From contig CBDFKY010000006.1 in the NCBI GenBank assembly GCA_965248995.1, positions 101,729-165,728 on the forward strand: a stretch of DNA of 64,000 bases, read 5' to 3'. This DNA is from Rickettsiales bacterium (GTDB taxonomy: Bacteria; Pseudomonadota; Alphaproteobacteria; Rickettsiales; UBA998). The translations under genes were made by a program, and so were the position numbers. The notes beneath the pieces were generated by a model. That model did not search any database and was not told where the DNA came from. It saw only the letters and a program-made list of their open reading frames with translations. Positions 37,001 through 45,590 of this stretch are shown here, piece after piece (positions within the stretch are counted from its first letter, which is position 1; every line of letters starts with the position of its first letter).

Positions 37001-37872
37001 CAATGCGGCGTACTCTCGCTACAACCAGCGCAGTGCTTGATTACCTGCCCGTTTCCTTCGCTCCCGCTCCTTTTTCGCCCATCCATCTGGGAGGGTTTTC
37101 GGTCTGTGTCGCACAGACTCCCGAAGAAGTGATAGACGCGCAGCGGCTGCGTTATCATGTATTCGCGGAAGTGATGGGCGCTGAGCTGGCCGGTGGCGCG
37201 ACCAATGAGAAGCGTGATGCGGATGCGTACGACGCGGTATGCGACCATCTGCTGGTACGTTATCATGAAACGCCGGACGCGGCGCCTCGCATCGTCGGTA
37301 CGTATCGCCTGCTGCGGGGCTCGGAAATGCCGCGTATCGGACGCTATTATTCCGAGAGCGAATATGACGTCTCCTGTTTCAAGGCCTATCCCGGTAATAT
37401 ATTGGAGCTGGGCCGTTCCTGTACGCATCCGGAGTTCCGTCACAAAGTGGCGATGCAATTGTTATGGCGCGGTATCGGGGAATACGTGATGCATTACCGG
37501 ATCGCGCTGATGTTCGGCTGCGCCAGCTTTGCCGGCGTGGACCCGGAGGCGCATGCGGCGGCTTTGAGCTATCTGTATCATTTCCACCGGGCGCCGGAGG
37601 GCTTATGTCCGCGCACGCTAGCCGAGTTTTACGTGCCGATGGAACGGCTCGCAAAAGAGGCTATCGACCAGCGGCGCGTCTTCGCCTCGCTGCCGGTGCT
37701 GGTGAAAGGGTATCTGCGCCTCGGCGGGCTGGTGGGTGACGGGGCGTTTCTCGACCATGCGTTCAATACGACCGATATTTTGATGATGGTACGGACTGAG
37801 TCGATCGATGAGAAATACGTCAGCAAATACGCGCCGGACAGCGTGGTGGGTGGGGAAAGTAGTGCATCCTAA
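36997..37872 (+). CDS. olsB: GNAT-family acyltransferase, OlsB-like (ornithine-lipid N-acyltransferase)
   Basis: 291 aa. RLRYHVFAEVMGA..., IVGTYRLL, YYSESEYD and ELGRSCTHPEFR. TTG at 36997 or ATG at 37003. Confidence 0.8.
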   Translation: MTMRRTLATTSAVLDYLPVSFAPAPFSPIHLGGFSVCVAQTPEEVIDAQRLRYHVFAEVMGAELAGGATNEKRDADAYDAVCDHLLVRYHETPDAAPRIVGTYRLLRGSEMPRIGRYYSESEYDVSCFKAYPGNILELGRSCTHPEFRHKVAMQLLWRGIGEYVMHYRIALMFGCASFAGVDPEAHAAALSYLYHFHRAPEGLCPRTLAEFYVPMERLAKEAIDQRRVFASLPVLVKGYLRLGGLVGDGAFLDHAFNTTDILMMVRTESIDEKYVSKYAPDSVVGGESSAS

Positions 37873-38060
37873 TAAAAATAAATAAAAGGTAAACGGTCCT
37901 TGTTATTATTGTGTATGTGTGTTAAAAACGCGGAGTCAATCCGCATATTCTCTGTAAAATTACCGAGTATCCCTGCCTACTGACCTTCCCTCGGTGCATC
38001 TGATGGGAAGTTTCGATGATCGTCTATGACCTTTTTCCTTAAATTGGGAGTTTTTTTGCT

Positions 38061-39002
38061 ATGCTATTTTTAGCAATCGCAATCGGTTTGGTCATTTTCG
38101 CCGTATTCACCGTGATACTGGCGGAACGTGGCAAAGGACTGGTAGCGGCAGGTTTTACCATTACCCTGCTCGCCCTGGCATTAGTGTTTTCAGTCAGCTT
38201 CGTGCAGACCGGGAACGTGCAACTGTTACGGAGTTTCGGGGTCATCCAGACCCGCACGCTGACGGAAGGTATTCAATGGCATGCCCCTTGGCAGGTCACT
38301 GAAGACGTCAATATCCAGCGTCGCCAAGTCGATGTGGATTCCACTAAAGATGCAGCTGTCAAATCCTTGACACTTGATCAGGTGGACCTGGATGTGAGCG
38401 TCACGTTTCCCTACCGTCTAAACCCGACCTTCGCAGGTTTGTTATATGCCAAGGTAGGTGATCAGGACGGAATTTTTCAACTGCTTCAGCGGGCGGCTCA
38501 AAGTGCTTTGCGGGATACCTTGGCAACTCTACCTTGGGAAGATGCCGCTATCAACAAGAGAAGTCTTTTTGAGAGCGGTCTTGGAAATTCCATTTTAGCT
38601 ATCGTTTCCAATGACCTGCAACGTGCCGGTCTGACTGAAGCCGATGCCAAGGGCACCATCCTGTTTTTTACACTGATCATCGCGCAAGCCGCTCCTCCCG
38701 AGCGTCTGCGTCGTGAACTGGAAGAAAAACAGGCTGCTGAAATTGAGTTGGGTCGTCAACAGAAATTGACGGCGATCGCTGGGGAAGTCGCCAACCGGCG
38801 GGGCGCTGAAGGAGTCGGCATTGCTGCGCTTCTTAGCAAACTGCCTCATGAAGGTAGCGTATTTACGCCCAGTGAAATTGCTAACCTGATCAATGCCAAT
38901 GCTGCGGAAACGCGTGCACAGGCACTGCTTAAAGCGGTGGAAGCAGGACAACTGCGCTCTATCGTTTTCTCTGAACAGCCTGCAACCATTCCGGTTAAGT
39001 AG
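38061..39002 (+). CDS. SPFH/band-7 (prohibitin-like) membrane protein
   Basis: 313 aa. Two N-terminal TM helices, then VQTGNVQLLRSFGVIQTRTLTEGIQWHAPW... (SPFH core) and a coiled-coil tail. GC is lower than in the neighbouring genes. Confidence 0.8.
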   Translation: MLFLAIAIGLVIFAVFTVILAERGKGLVAAGFTITLLALALVFSVSFVQTGNVQLLRSFGVIQTRTLTEGIQWHAPWQVTEDVNIQRRQVDVDSTKDAAVKSLTLDQVDLDVSVTFPYRLNPTFAGLLYAKVGDQDGIFQLLQRAAQSALRDTLATLPWEDAAINKRSLFESGLGNSILAIVSNDLQRAGLTEADAKGTILFFTLIIAQAAPPERLRRELEEKQAAEIELGRQQKLTAIAGEVANRRGAEGVGIAALLSKLPHEGSVFTPSEIANLINANAAETRAQALLKAVEAGQLRSIVFSEQPATIPVK

Positions 39003-39029
39003 TTTGTTTCAGACGTAACGACGTATAGA

Positions 39030-39062
39030 AAGACCCGGGCCTCACGGTCAGGGTCTTTTTTT
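39030..39062 (+). terminator. rho-independent terminator of the SPFH gene
   Basis: Stem AGACCC/GGGTCT (39031-39036 / 39051-39056) followed by a T-run. Overlaps the dnaB stop. Confidence 0.6.
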
Positions 39063-40614
39063 ACCCGAACCGGTCCGGCAACCGTCCCGCGTCGGCCAGA
39101 TCCTCGAAGCGGGTCTGTTCCCCGTAGAACTGCAATGTCACCGTGCCGATCGCCCCGTGGCGCTGTTTGGCGACGATGACGTCCGCCTTGCCGTGCACCC
39201 GCTCCATGTCCTCCTGCCACTGCTGCATCTTGGGACTGGATTCGTCCGGCTTGGTGCGCGACAGGTAATATTCCTCGCGGTAGACGAACATCACCACGTC
39301 GGCGTCCTGCTCGATACTGCCGGATTCGCGCAGGTCCGAGAGTTGCGGGCGCTTGTCGTCGCGCGATTCCACCGCGCGCGATAGCTGGGAGAGGGCCACG
39401 ACGGGGATGCTCAGTTCCTTGGCCAGCGCTTTCAGCCCCTGCGTGATTTCGGAGACTTCCTGCACGCGGTTCATCTGTGAGGTGCGGGAAGCGGCGGTGA
39501 GCAGCTGCAGGTAATCCACCACCACCAGCCCAAGATTATGCATCCGCTTCAGGCGCCGCGCCCGGGTGCGTACCGCCGCGATGGAGAGGGCGGGCGTGTC
39601 GTCGACGAAGAACGGCAGGCCGGCAAGCTCGGCGTTGGCCCCCATCAGCCGCGAGAACTCATCGTTGTTCAGTTCGCCGCGCATGATGCCGGACGAGCTG
39701 ATATTGGCCCGTGCCGAGAGCACCCGGGTTGCGAGCTGTTCGGAAGACATCTCGAGAGAGAAGAACCCTACGGATTTTTGCGGCTGGTCGGGATTGGCGG
39801 CTTTTTCCTCCTGAAAGGCGAGCGCCGCCTTATACGCCATGGTCGTGGCCAGCGCGGTCTTTCCCATGGAAGGACGGCCCGCCAGGATGACCAGATCCGA
39901 ATCCTGAAACCCCCCGAGCAGACGGTTGAGATCGGCAAGGCCGGTCGTCACCCCTACCACCTCGCCCTTACGTTTATATGCTCGCTCGGCCTGCGCCACG
40001 GCGCTCGCTCCGAAGACGCGGAACGGCTGGAACTGTTTGCTGCCTTCGCCGTGCTCGGCGAGGTTGAACAGCATCTGTTCCGCTTCTTCCAGCCGGGTAC
40101 GTGCTGTGATGTGAAATTCCTGCGCGTAGGCGCCGTTGACCATTACCTGTCCCACTTCGATGATCTGGCGTTTCAGGTACAGGTCGTGCAGGATTTCGGA
40201 ATATTCGCGCACGTCGATGACGGTCGCGGCGGCGTAGGTCAGCTGGGCCAGGTATTCCGCGCCGATCTCTCCGGCCTCGCTATTGGAGAGGAAATAATGC
40301 TTCAACGTGACCGGGTTGGCGATGTTGCCCCGGTCGTGGAAATGCTGGATGGCGGTGTAGATGCGCGTATGGATCGGTTCGTGGAAATGCTCCGGCTTCA
40401 CCCGGTCGTCCAGATGATGCAGCACGGCGTTGTTGACCAGAATCGCCCCGAGCAGCGCCTGTTCCACGTCCAGGTTATGAGGGATCAGGCGCATTTCCAG
40501 AATCTTTTCGTCAGATTGCGGTTTGCCAGGCGTAAATACCGCGTCAAGTTCGTCGTCGGAGAGAGAAAGGGGTGCCATCGTCTCCAGTATAAGAGCGCGA
40601 GGATGCGGAAGCAA
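39061..40614 (-). CDS. dnaB: replicative DNA helicase DnaB
   Basis: 517 aa. PHNLDVEQALLGAIL N-terminal motif, Walker A AGRPSMGKTA, and LSQLSRAVESR. Confidence 0.96.
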   Translation of the reverse strand: MLPHPRALILETMAPLSLSDDELDAVFTPGKPQSDEKILEMRLIPHNLDVEQALLGAILVNNAVLHHLDDRVKPEHFHEPIHTRIYTAIQHFHDRGNIANPVTLKHYFLSNSEAGEIGAEYLAQLTYAAATVIDVREYSEILHDLYLKRQIIEVGQVMVNGAYAQEFHITARTRLEEAEQMLFNLAEHGEGSKQFQPFRVFGASAVAQAERAYKRKGEVVGVTTGLADLNRLLGGFQDSDLVILAGRPSMGKTALATTMAYKAALAFQEEKAANPDQPQKSVGFFSLEMSSEQLATRVLSARANISSSGIMRGELNNDEFSRLMGANAELAGLPFFVDDTPALSIAAVRTRARRLKRMHNLGLVVVDYLQLLTAASRTSQMNRVQEVSEITQGLKALAKELSIPVVALSQLSRAVESRDDKRPQLSDLRESGSIEQDADVVMFVYREEYYLSRTKPDESSPKMQQWQEDMERVHGKADVIVAKQRHGAIGTVTLQFYGEQTRFEDLADAGRLPDRFG

Positions 40615-40629
40615 GTCCGCTAACCGTGC

Positions 40630-40956
40630 CTAAAGCGAAAAGCCGGGTCTGGAAGGCGGGAGGAAATCTTTCTGCGAGACATGGAACTGTTTCATATGTT
40701 CCCATGCCTCCTCGGAGGGCGTGTTACCCTCACCCCGGTACAGCACTTCGCCGTATGCGGAAAGCTCCTGAACGGTGACTCCCCGCTCCCCGGTATTATC
40801 ATATTCCTTCGTCAATGCGGTAGCGTCCTGCAGCGCCGCGAACTGCGCATCGGTGCAGCGTAAGAAAAAATACTGCTGCTCACCCCATTCGTCCTGTGCA
40901 TTAATGATACGGATACGGGGAAGATGGCGATGATCAAGACGATTGACATGGTTCAT
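40630..40956 (-). CDS. hypothetical protein, third gene of a coupled three-gene operon
   Basis: 108 aa. The start overlaps the upstream stop (ATGA at 40953-40956). It ends 15 nt before the dnaB start. Confidence 0.6.
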   Translation of the reverse strand: MNHVNRLDHRHLPRIRIINAQDEWGEQQYFFLRCTDAQFAALQDATALTKEYDNTGERGVTVQELSAYGEVLYRGEGNTPSEEAWEHMKQFHVSQKDFLPPSRPGFSL

Positions 40957-41327
40957 TTGCGTCCTCCTCTCGACATACCTGCTCCTACGGGCTCTCTTGC
41001 ACGTGTCTGCTCGGCGACAGGAACGACGGAACTGATGACGACTTTATTGCGTTCTCTTTCTTTTTGCCGTTCCTGAACCATATCCATCACCGCGTCTCTC
41101 AAGGGATGCTTGTTTTCAATAATCGCTACCGATCCGGGATGCTTGAAATACTGATGGTCTTTTACAGGAGACCGATAGCTGGTTTTTTCCAAAGCATCCA
41201 GTACGTTTTTCACGGAAAACTCAGGTGATCCTTTCGGCATTTCCTTGTTGATTCTGTTAGTGAAAGGTTCCAGGGCTTTCACTAAGCTGCTAAGCGTCGC
41301 CACGTTCACCCGTTGTCCTTTTTCCAT
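40953..41327 (-). CDS. hypothetical protein, second gene of a coupled three-gene operon
   Basis: 124 aa. The start shares one base with the upstream stop (TGATG at 41325-41329). Basic C-terminal tail. Confidence 0.6.
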   Translation of the reverse strand: MEKGQRVNVATLSSLVKALEPFTNRINKEMPKGSPEFSVKNVLDALEKTSYRSPVKDHQYFKHPGSVAIIENKHPLRDAVMDMVQERQKERERNKVVISSVVPVAEQTRAREPVGAGMSRGGRK

Positions 41328-41848
41328 CAGGTCCAGTAATCGGGCGTATATTTACCGCTGCCATCATTACTGACGATGATACGAGTGCCTTGTTTGGGGG
41401 CATCGCGTTCATGCTCCAACATGGCGTATTCACCGTAGTTTTTATCAGCGCGTGCGTCTGCAACCGGACTATAGTGTAACTTTTCCGAATTTTTCCCCTG
41501 ATATTCAAGTGCGGCTTCATTGAAATCCATCCCCGATCTGGTTTTCGCCACCACCAGTCGATCGGTATTGAGAGGGTAATCTGCACCCGGCTCTATTCTT
41601 ATCGCATTATCGATCATCTCCTGAATGGGAGCGGAAACCCTGAATTTCGTTTGAAGGTTAGTAGGGCGGTACCCGTTCTCGGTTTTTAAACGGTTGCACA
41701 GTTCCACGTCCGCCACGAGATCCACCATCATAAGGGTGATGCCCGGCATCTTGGCGATGGCAGGGAGCAGGTCTTCATACCCGATTGCTTGCAGAGCGCT
41801 TACAATATTGGTATCTACGTTTAGAAAAGTGCGATTTTTAGTTGCCAT
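41327..41848 (-). CDS. hypothetical protein, first gene of a coupled three-gene operon (weak PIN-like N-terminal motif)
   Basis: 173 aa. FLNVDTNIVSAL resembles the first acidic motif of PIN domains. The spacing of later acidic residues is atypical. Confidence 0.6.
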   Translation of the reverse strand: MATKNRTFLNVDTNIVSALQAIGYEDLLPAIAKMPGITLMMVDLVADVELCNRLKTENGYRPTNLQTKFRVSAPIQEMIDNAIRIEPGADYPLNTDRLVVAKTRSGMDFNEAALEYQGKNSEKLHYSPVADARADKNYGEYAMLEHERDAPKQGTRIIVSNDGSGKYTPDYWT

Positions 41849-41926
41849 ACTCTTTTACAATAAAACATATAGTTTACATTTTTGTTACCTTACCTCTCAT
41901 TTATTTAAAATATTTTAATAAAAGTT

Positions 41927-43042
41927 ATGTCGCTCCGATTCACCCTCCACCATCTCCATGGCCGCGCACGCAGCGGCGTGCTGCATACCGCGCATGGGGA
42001 GATCCGCACGCCGGCGTTCATGCCTGTCGGCACCGCCGCTACGGTAAAGGGGCTCACTCCCGAAATGGTGGCGGAGACCGGAGCGGATATCCTGCTCGGT
42101 AATACTTATCATCTGATGCTGCGCCCCACCGCCGAGCGGGTGCATCGGCTGGGCGGGCTGCATCGTTTCATGCAATGGGAAAAACCCATCCTGACCGATT
42201 CGGGCGGCTTTCAGGTCATGTCTCTGGCGGCCATGCGCAGGATCACGGAAGAAGGGGTGGAGTTCAAATCCCATATCGACGGCAGCAAGCACATGCTCAC
42301 CCCGGAGCGGGCCACGGAGATCCAGTTCCTGCTGGACAGCGACATCACCATGGCGTTCGATGAATGCACGCCGTATCCCGCTACGCATGCGCAGGCGAAG
42401 CAGTCGATGGAGATGTCCATGCGCTGGGCGGCGCGCTGCCGGGAGGCGTTCGTCGAGCGGGAGGGGTACGGCCTGTTCGGCATCCAGCAGGGCGGCGTGT
42501 ATGAGGACCTGCGCCACGCTTCCGCTTCCGCCCTGCGCACGCTCGGTTTCGACGGCTACGCGATCGGCGGGCTGGCGGTCGGTGAGGGGCAGGAAGTGAT
42601 GTTCGGCGTTCTCGACCATGCGGCGCCCGCCTTGCCGGAAGACCGGCCGCGCTACCTGATGGGTGTCGGCAAGCCGACCGACATCGTCGGTGCGGTGGAG
42701 CGCGGCATCGATATGTTCGACTGCGTGATTCCCACCCGTTCGGGCCGTTTCGCCCGCGCCTATACGACGTACGGCGAGATCAATATCCGCAACGCCAAGT
42801 TCGCCGACGACGAGCGACCGCTGGATGCGGGGGTGCCGTGCCGCGCCTCGCAGTTCAGCCGCGCCTACCTGCATCATCTGTTCAAAGCCGGGGAGATGCT
42901 TGGCCCCATCCTGCTCAGCTGGCATAACGTCGCGTATTACCAGGCATTGATGCAGGAATTGCGTGACGGGATTGCGGGGGGTGCGCTGAATGACGTTGCC
43001 AAGCGCGTTCGGGCTGCGTATACTACGACTCCCTCTACTTAA
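41927..43042 (+). CDS. tgt: tRNA-guanine transglycosylase (queuine tRNA-ribosyltransferase)
   Basis: 371 aa. [26 protein letters not shown] and GLAVGE motifs. Confidence 0.95.
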   Translation: MSLRFTLHHLHGRARSGVLHTAHGEIRTPAFMPVGTAATVKGLTPEMVAETGADILLGNTYHLMLRPTAERVHRLGGLHRFMQWEKPILTDSGGFQVMSLAAMRRITEEGVEFKSHIDGSKHMLTPERATEIQFLLDSDITMAFDECTPYPATHAQAKQSMEMSMRWAARCREAFVEREGYGLFGIQQGGVYEDLRHASASALRTLGFDGYAIGGLAVGEGQEVMFGVLDHAAPALPEDRPRYLMGVGKPTDIVGAVERGIDMFDCVIPTRSGRFARAYTTYGEINIRNAKFADDERPLDAGVPCRASQFSRAYLHHLFKAGEMLGPILLSWHNVAYYQALMQELRDGIAGGALNDVAKRVRAAYTTTPST

Positions 43043-43049
43043 TGATTTT

Positions 43050-43126
43050 CGGGGTGTAGCGCAGCCTGGTAGCGCGTCCGTCTGGGGGGCGGGAGGTCGT
43101 CGGTTCAAGTCCGGTCACCCCGACCA
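43050..43126 (+). tRNA. tRNA-Pro (anticodon GGG)
   Basis: 77-nt cloverleaf. Acceptor CGGGGTG/CACCCCG, D-arm GCGC-AGCCTGGTA-GCGC, anticodon loop CTGGGGG, T-loop TTCAAGT, encoded CCA. Confidence 0.9.
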
Positions 43127-43203
43127 TCCTACGCCCTGCGGGCTTCGGATGGTTCGCCGCCGCGATGGCGAAGCCATACGGAACCGCATCTTGGGCGTAG
43201 GAT
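43126..43203. repeat. long imperfect hairpin immediately 3' of tRNA-Pro
   Basis: Perfect 11-bp outer arms ATCCTACGCCC/GGGCGTAGGAT (43126-43136 / 43193-43203). Inner pairs TGCGG/CCGCA and GGCTTCG/CGAAGCC. Confidence 0.6.
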
Positions 43204-43239
43204 GCGCTACGAAGCCGGAGCGTAGCGGAGGAGGGCTTT

Positions 43240-43470
43240 GTGTATTACGTCTATCTTATAAAGAGCCTCAGCCACCCCGATCAAAAATACATCGGGATTA
43301 CAGAGGATTTGAAGAAACGCTATGTCGACCACAACAAGGGCTTCTCCAAACATACCGCAAAATATACGCCTTGGGAAATCGTGACCTATCACGCCTTCAA
43401 AGATAAATACAAAGCATATGAATTTGAAACTTATCTCAAAACAGGGGGATTATATACTTTGCAGGACTAA
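43240..43470 (+). CDS. GIY-YIG nuclease family protein, C-terminus replaced by IS insertion
   Basis: GTG start. YYVYLIKSLSHPDQKYIGITEDLKKRYVDHNKG...PWEIV is a GIY-YIG core. From 43445 the frame runs into the IS inverted repeat. Confidence 0.75.
   Translation: MYYVYLIKSLSHPDQKYIGITEDLKKRYVDHNKGFSKHTAKYTPWEIVTYHAFKDKYKAYEFETYLKTGGLYTLQD
43437..43444. repeat. 8-bp target-site duplication CAAAACAG (left)
   Basis: Identical to 45524-45531, directly outside the inverted repeats. Confidence 0.8.
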
Positions 43471-43479
43471 GCGCAACAT

Positions 43480-43656
43480 CTAGTTTTCGCTTGATTCCGT
43501 TTTTTCTTCTGGCAGGTCTTCTGGCTTAACCGTCATCAGCTTTTTCATTTTCTCATCGAATGCCTCCAGCGACTCATTGCACTCTAATTCACGGGCTGTT
43601 TCGATAAAACGTTGAGATTGCAAGGTATCAAGCGGAAACTTCTTCTTTGATGTCAT
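43480..43656 (-). CDS. small acidic hypothetical protein (IS passenger)
   Basis: 58 aa from the internal ATG (MTSKKKFPLDTLQSQRFIETARELE...). Start uncertain. Confidence 0.4.
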   Translation of the reverse strand: MTSKKKFPLDTLQSQRFIETARELECNESLEAFDEKMKKLMTVKPEDLPEEKTESSEN

Positions 43657-43936
43657 GGAGAACAGCCTCTTCATCCATTGTGATGCGGATGCTATGCAGA
43701 TACACTGTAGAATCATCGTAACTATAAAGAACGACAATATCTGGTAAATCCGCTAATCCCTTTTTCTTATAAAGATAAAAGTTACCATGTCCTTTAAATA
43801 ACGGATGGGCGAGCTTATCAGCAGAGCGGCTTAATAGCCATTTTAGCCCCTCCCAATCTTCGTCTAACCTATCAATTGAGGAATAAGAATCAATGGTATC
43901 GCTAACAGCTTTTTCTTCTACAATTTGTCTTAGCAT
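43628..43936 (-). CDS. RelE/ParE-fold-like putative toxin (IS passenger)
   Basis: About 102 aa from the ATG at 43936 (7-nt overlap with the upstream stop). The C-terminal pattern GNFYLYKKKG...DIVVLYSYDDSTVYLHSIRI resembles RelE/ParE beta-strands. Confidence 0.55.
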   Translation of the reverse strand: MLRQIVEEKAVSDTIDSYSSIDRLDEDWEGLKWLLSRSADKLAHPLFKGHGNFYLYKKKGLADLPDIVVLYSYDDSTVYLHSIRITMDEEAVLHDIKEEVSA

Positions 43937-44511
43937 GCCTTTGCTAGCTCCAACCCCAAATGATTTACCTGATTTTTTGCCCACGTCATGTCGTCACCAG
44001 ATAACTCGCCCTGCCTGCTTGCAAAAATTGCACATAATGGGATTTCCTCGCCTATTTCCGCCGCTTCCCATATTATATCGTGCGTATGCTCGCTAATTGA
44101 AGAAGCAGTATGGGAATGGCATATACTCTCCATTACATCATCAACCAAACTGATTTCATCGCTTGTGAAACCCGATATATTAGGAGAACGCAAAGATATA
44201 AAATGCGTTTGTGGGTAGCCGCCATAAATAGCGGTTCTCTCAAAAATCAGTCCACTTCTTTTCAGGGATTTTCTGACACTCATTATATCCTTAGGAACTG
44301 GACCAAATTGTCTTTTTTCATACTTTGCCCCACTGATAGATTGCCCTTTATAGAGATAACTTAGTGCATCGGAAAACCAAAGCACTTTATTCAGCTTGGT
44401 CGCTCCCAACTTTACAGGGTCGTCGCATTTAGAAACAATGTAGTGGGTTAGATTGTGAAACTTGTCCATTTTATTACCTTCATAGGCAGTTGAATGGTTT
44501 GATGAGTACAT
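43930..44511 (-). CDS. Panacea/DUF4065 (SocA-like) antitoxin-domain protein (IS passenger)
   Basis: GATKLNKVLWFSDALSYLYKGQSISGAKYEKRQFGPVPKD matches the DUF4065 core as I recall it. Start at 44511, or alternatively 44469. Confidence 0.7.
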   Translation of the reverse strand: MYSSNHSTAYEGNKMDKFHNLTHYIVSKCDDPVKLGATKLNKVLWFSDALSYLYKGQSISGAKYEKRQFGPVPKDIMSVRKSLKRSGLIFERTAIYGGYPQTHFISLRSPNISGFTSDEISLVDDVMESICHSHTASSISEHTHDIIWEAAEIGEEIPLCAIFASRQGELSGDDMTWAKNQVNHLGLELAKAC

Positions 44512-44536
44512 GACAATTCTCCACTTTGCTAGCAAA

Positions 44537-45457
44537 TCAGCAATTATGTGTTTTATATACTAATCTTTTTCCTAAAATTCCAATTAGCATCTCACGCGAA
44601 CGCTCACTATCAGTAAGGTGTCTCTCATTATAGCGGAAGTCAAACTCTGCAAGGTAGCGTTTCAGGTGACGACTGTTGCAATGCTGATAGATTCCCTTCA
44701 TGCCACGTTTGAAAACGCTGAAATATCCCTCAATGGTGTTTGTATGTGCATCACCGCGCACATACTCACCAATTCCATGATTGACGCTATGGTGTTCCGC
44801 AAAGGCTTTGCCAAGAGGTTTGTATTGACGTGCTTCATCCGTCATGAGGATGCTGTCAGTATGCAGTTGCTCCATAAGAATAGGGCGCAGGTTTTCAGCG
44901 GTGACATGTGTTACATGCTGGCTGCGGACTTTCCCGCCGCGCTCCACAAGGGAAAACACGATTTCCTTATTTGCTCCACCTTGGGAATGTGGAATATGCT
45001 TGTTCTTATGCTTATTCTTCTCCAATCCACCAAAGTACGTCTCATCCGCTTCAACAGTTTTGCCCTCACCACCCATAGGCTCAATGTTCAATACACGCAT
45101 TGCCTCACGCAAGCGGTGAGTCATGAACCATGCCGTCTTATAGGTTACGCCTAGCGTGCGGTGCAACTGGTGGGAACTGATGCCCTTTTTACTGGAAGCC
45201 ATAAGGTATGCAGCTTGTAGCCATAAATGCAGCTTCACATGAGAGGATTCAAACACCGTACCGACTTTGACGGTGAACTTTTTATTGCAGTCAGAGCATT
45301 TACGAAGTCCAGGACGGTCGCCCTTGCCGTTCAGCGCATACATTTTACCAAGGCTCCCACAATGAGGGCAGGAAACGCCATTAGCCCATACGATGCTTTC
45401 TAAGTACGCGATGGCGACAGTTTCATCATGAAAACGGGGAGCGGACAAAATAGACAT
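44537..45457 (-). CDS. IS1595 family transposase (ISXO2-like)
   Basis: 306 aa. N-terminal zinc ribbon CPHCGS...CSDCNKKFTVKVGTVFESSHV, an HTH (ISSHQLHRTLGVTYKTAWFMTHRLR), and a DDE core with VEADETYFGG. Confidence 0.92.
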   Translation of the reverse strand: MSILSAPRFHDETVAIAYLESIVWANGVSCPHCGSLGKMYALNGKGDRPGLRKCSDCNKKFTVKVGTVFESSHVKLHLWLQAAYLMASSKKGISSHQLHRTLGVTYKTAWFMTHRLREAMRVLNIEPMGGEGKTVEADETYFGGLEKNKHKNKHIPHSQGGANKEIVFSLVERGGKVRSQHVTHVTAENLRPILMEQLHTDSILMTDEARQYKPLGKAFAEHHSVNHGIGEYVRGDAHTNTIEGYFSVFKRGMKGIYQHCNSRHLKRYLAEFDFRYNERHLTDSERSREMLIGILGKRLVYKTHNC

Positions 45458-45523
45458 AACAACATTCCTTGGTTATAAGGAAATACTATATTATGTGGCT
45501 TGTCCCGTCAAGTATATAATCCC

Positions 45524-45531
45524 CCAAAACA
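45524..45531. repeat. 8-bp target-site duplication CAAAACAG (right)
   Basis: Identical to 43437-43444. Confidence 0.8.
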
Positions 45532-45569
45532 GGGTCCGGAAAAGCGTTTGCCAGCAAACGTTTTTGGTA
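45532..45569 (+). pseudogene. displaced 3' end of the GIY-YIG gene
   Basis: Joined to 43444 it reads ...YLKTGSGKAFASKRFW*, a typical GIY-YIG small-protein C-terminus. Confidence 0.75.
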
Positions 45570-45590
45570 ACAAAAAAATCTAGTATCACT

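Larger units (their letters stand above)
43445..45523 (-). mobile_element. IS1595-family insertion sequence carrying three passenger genes
   Basis: Terminal inverted repeats GGGGATTATATACTT (43445-43459 and the reverse complement of 45509-45523, 15/15; about 20/23 when extended). 8-bp TSD. ISXO2-like transposase at 44537-45457. Removing the IS and one TSD copy restores the GIY-YIG reading frame. Confidence 0.88.

Noticed and set aside
39538-40623. 361-aa plus-strand ORF
   Set aside because: It is antisense to dnaB.
41327-41848. Calling the 173-aa protein a VapC/PIN toxin
   Set aside because: Only the first motif (VDTN) fits. The spacing of the remaining acidic residues is wrong for VapC, and no upstream antitoxin exists. 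Kept only as a weak hint.
41915-43108. 397-aa minus-strand ORF
   Set aside because: It is antisense to tgt and runs through the tRNA-Pro gene. It is a shadow ORF.
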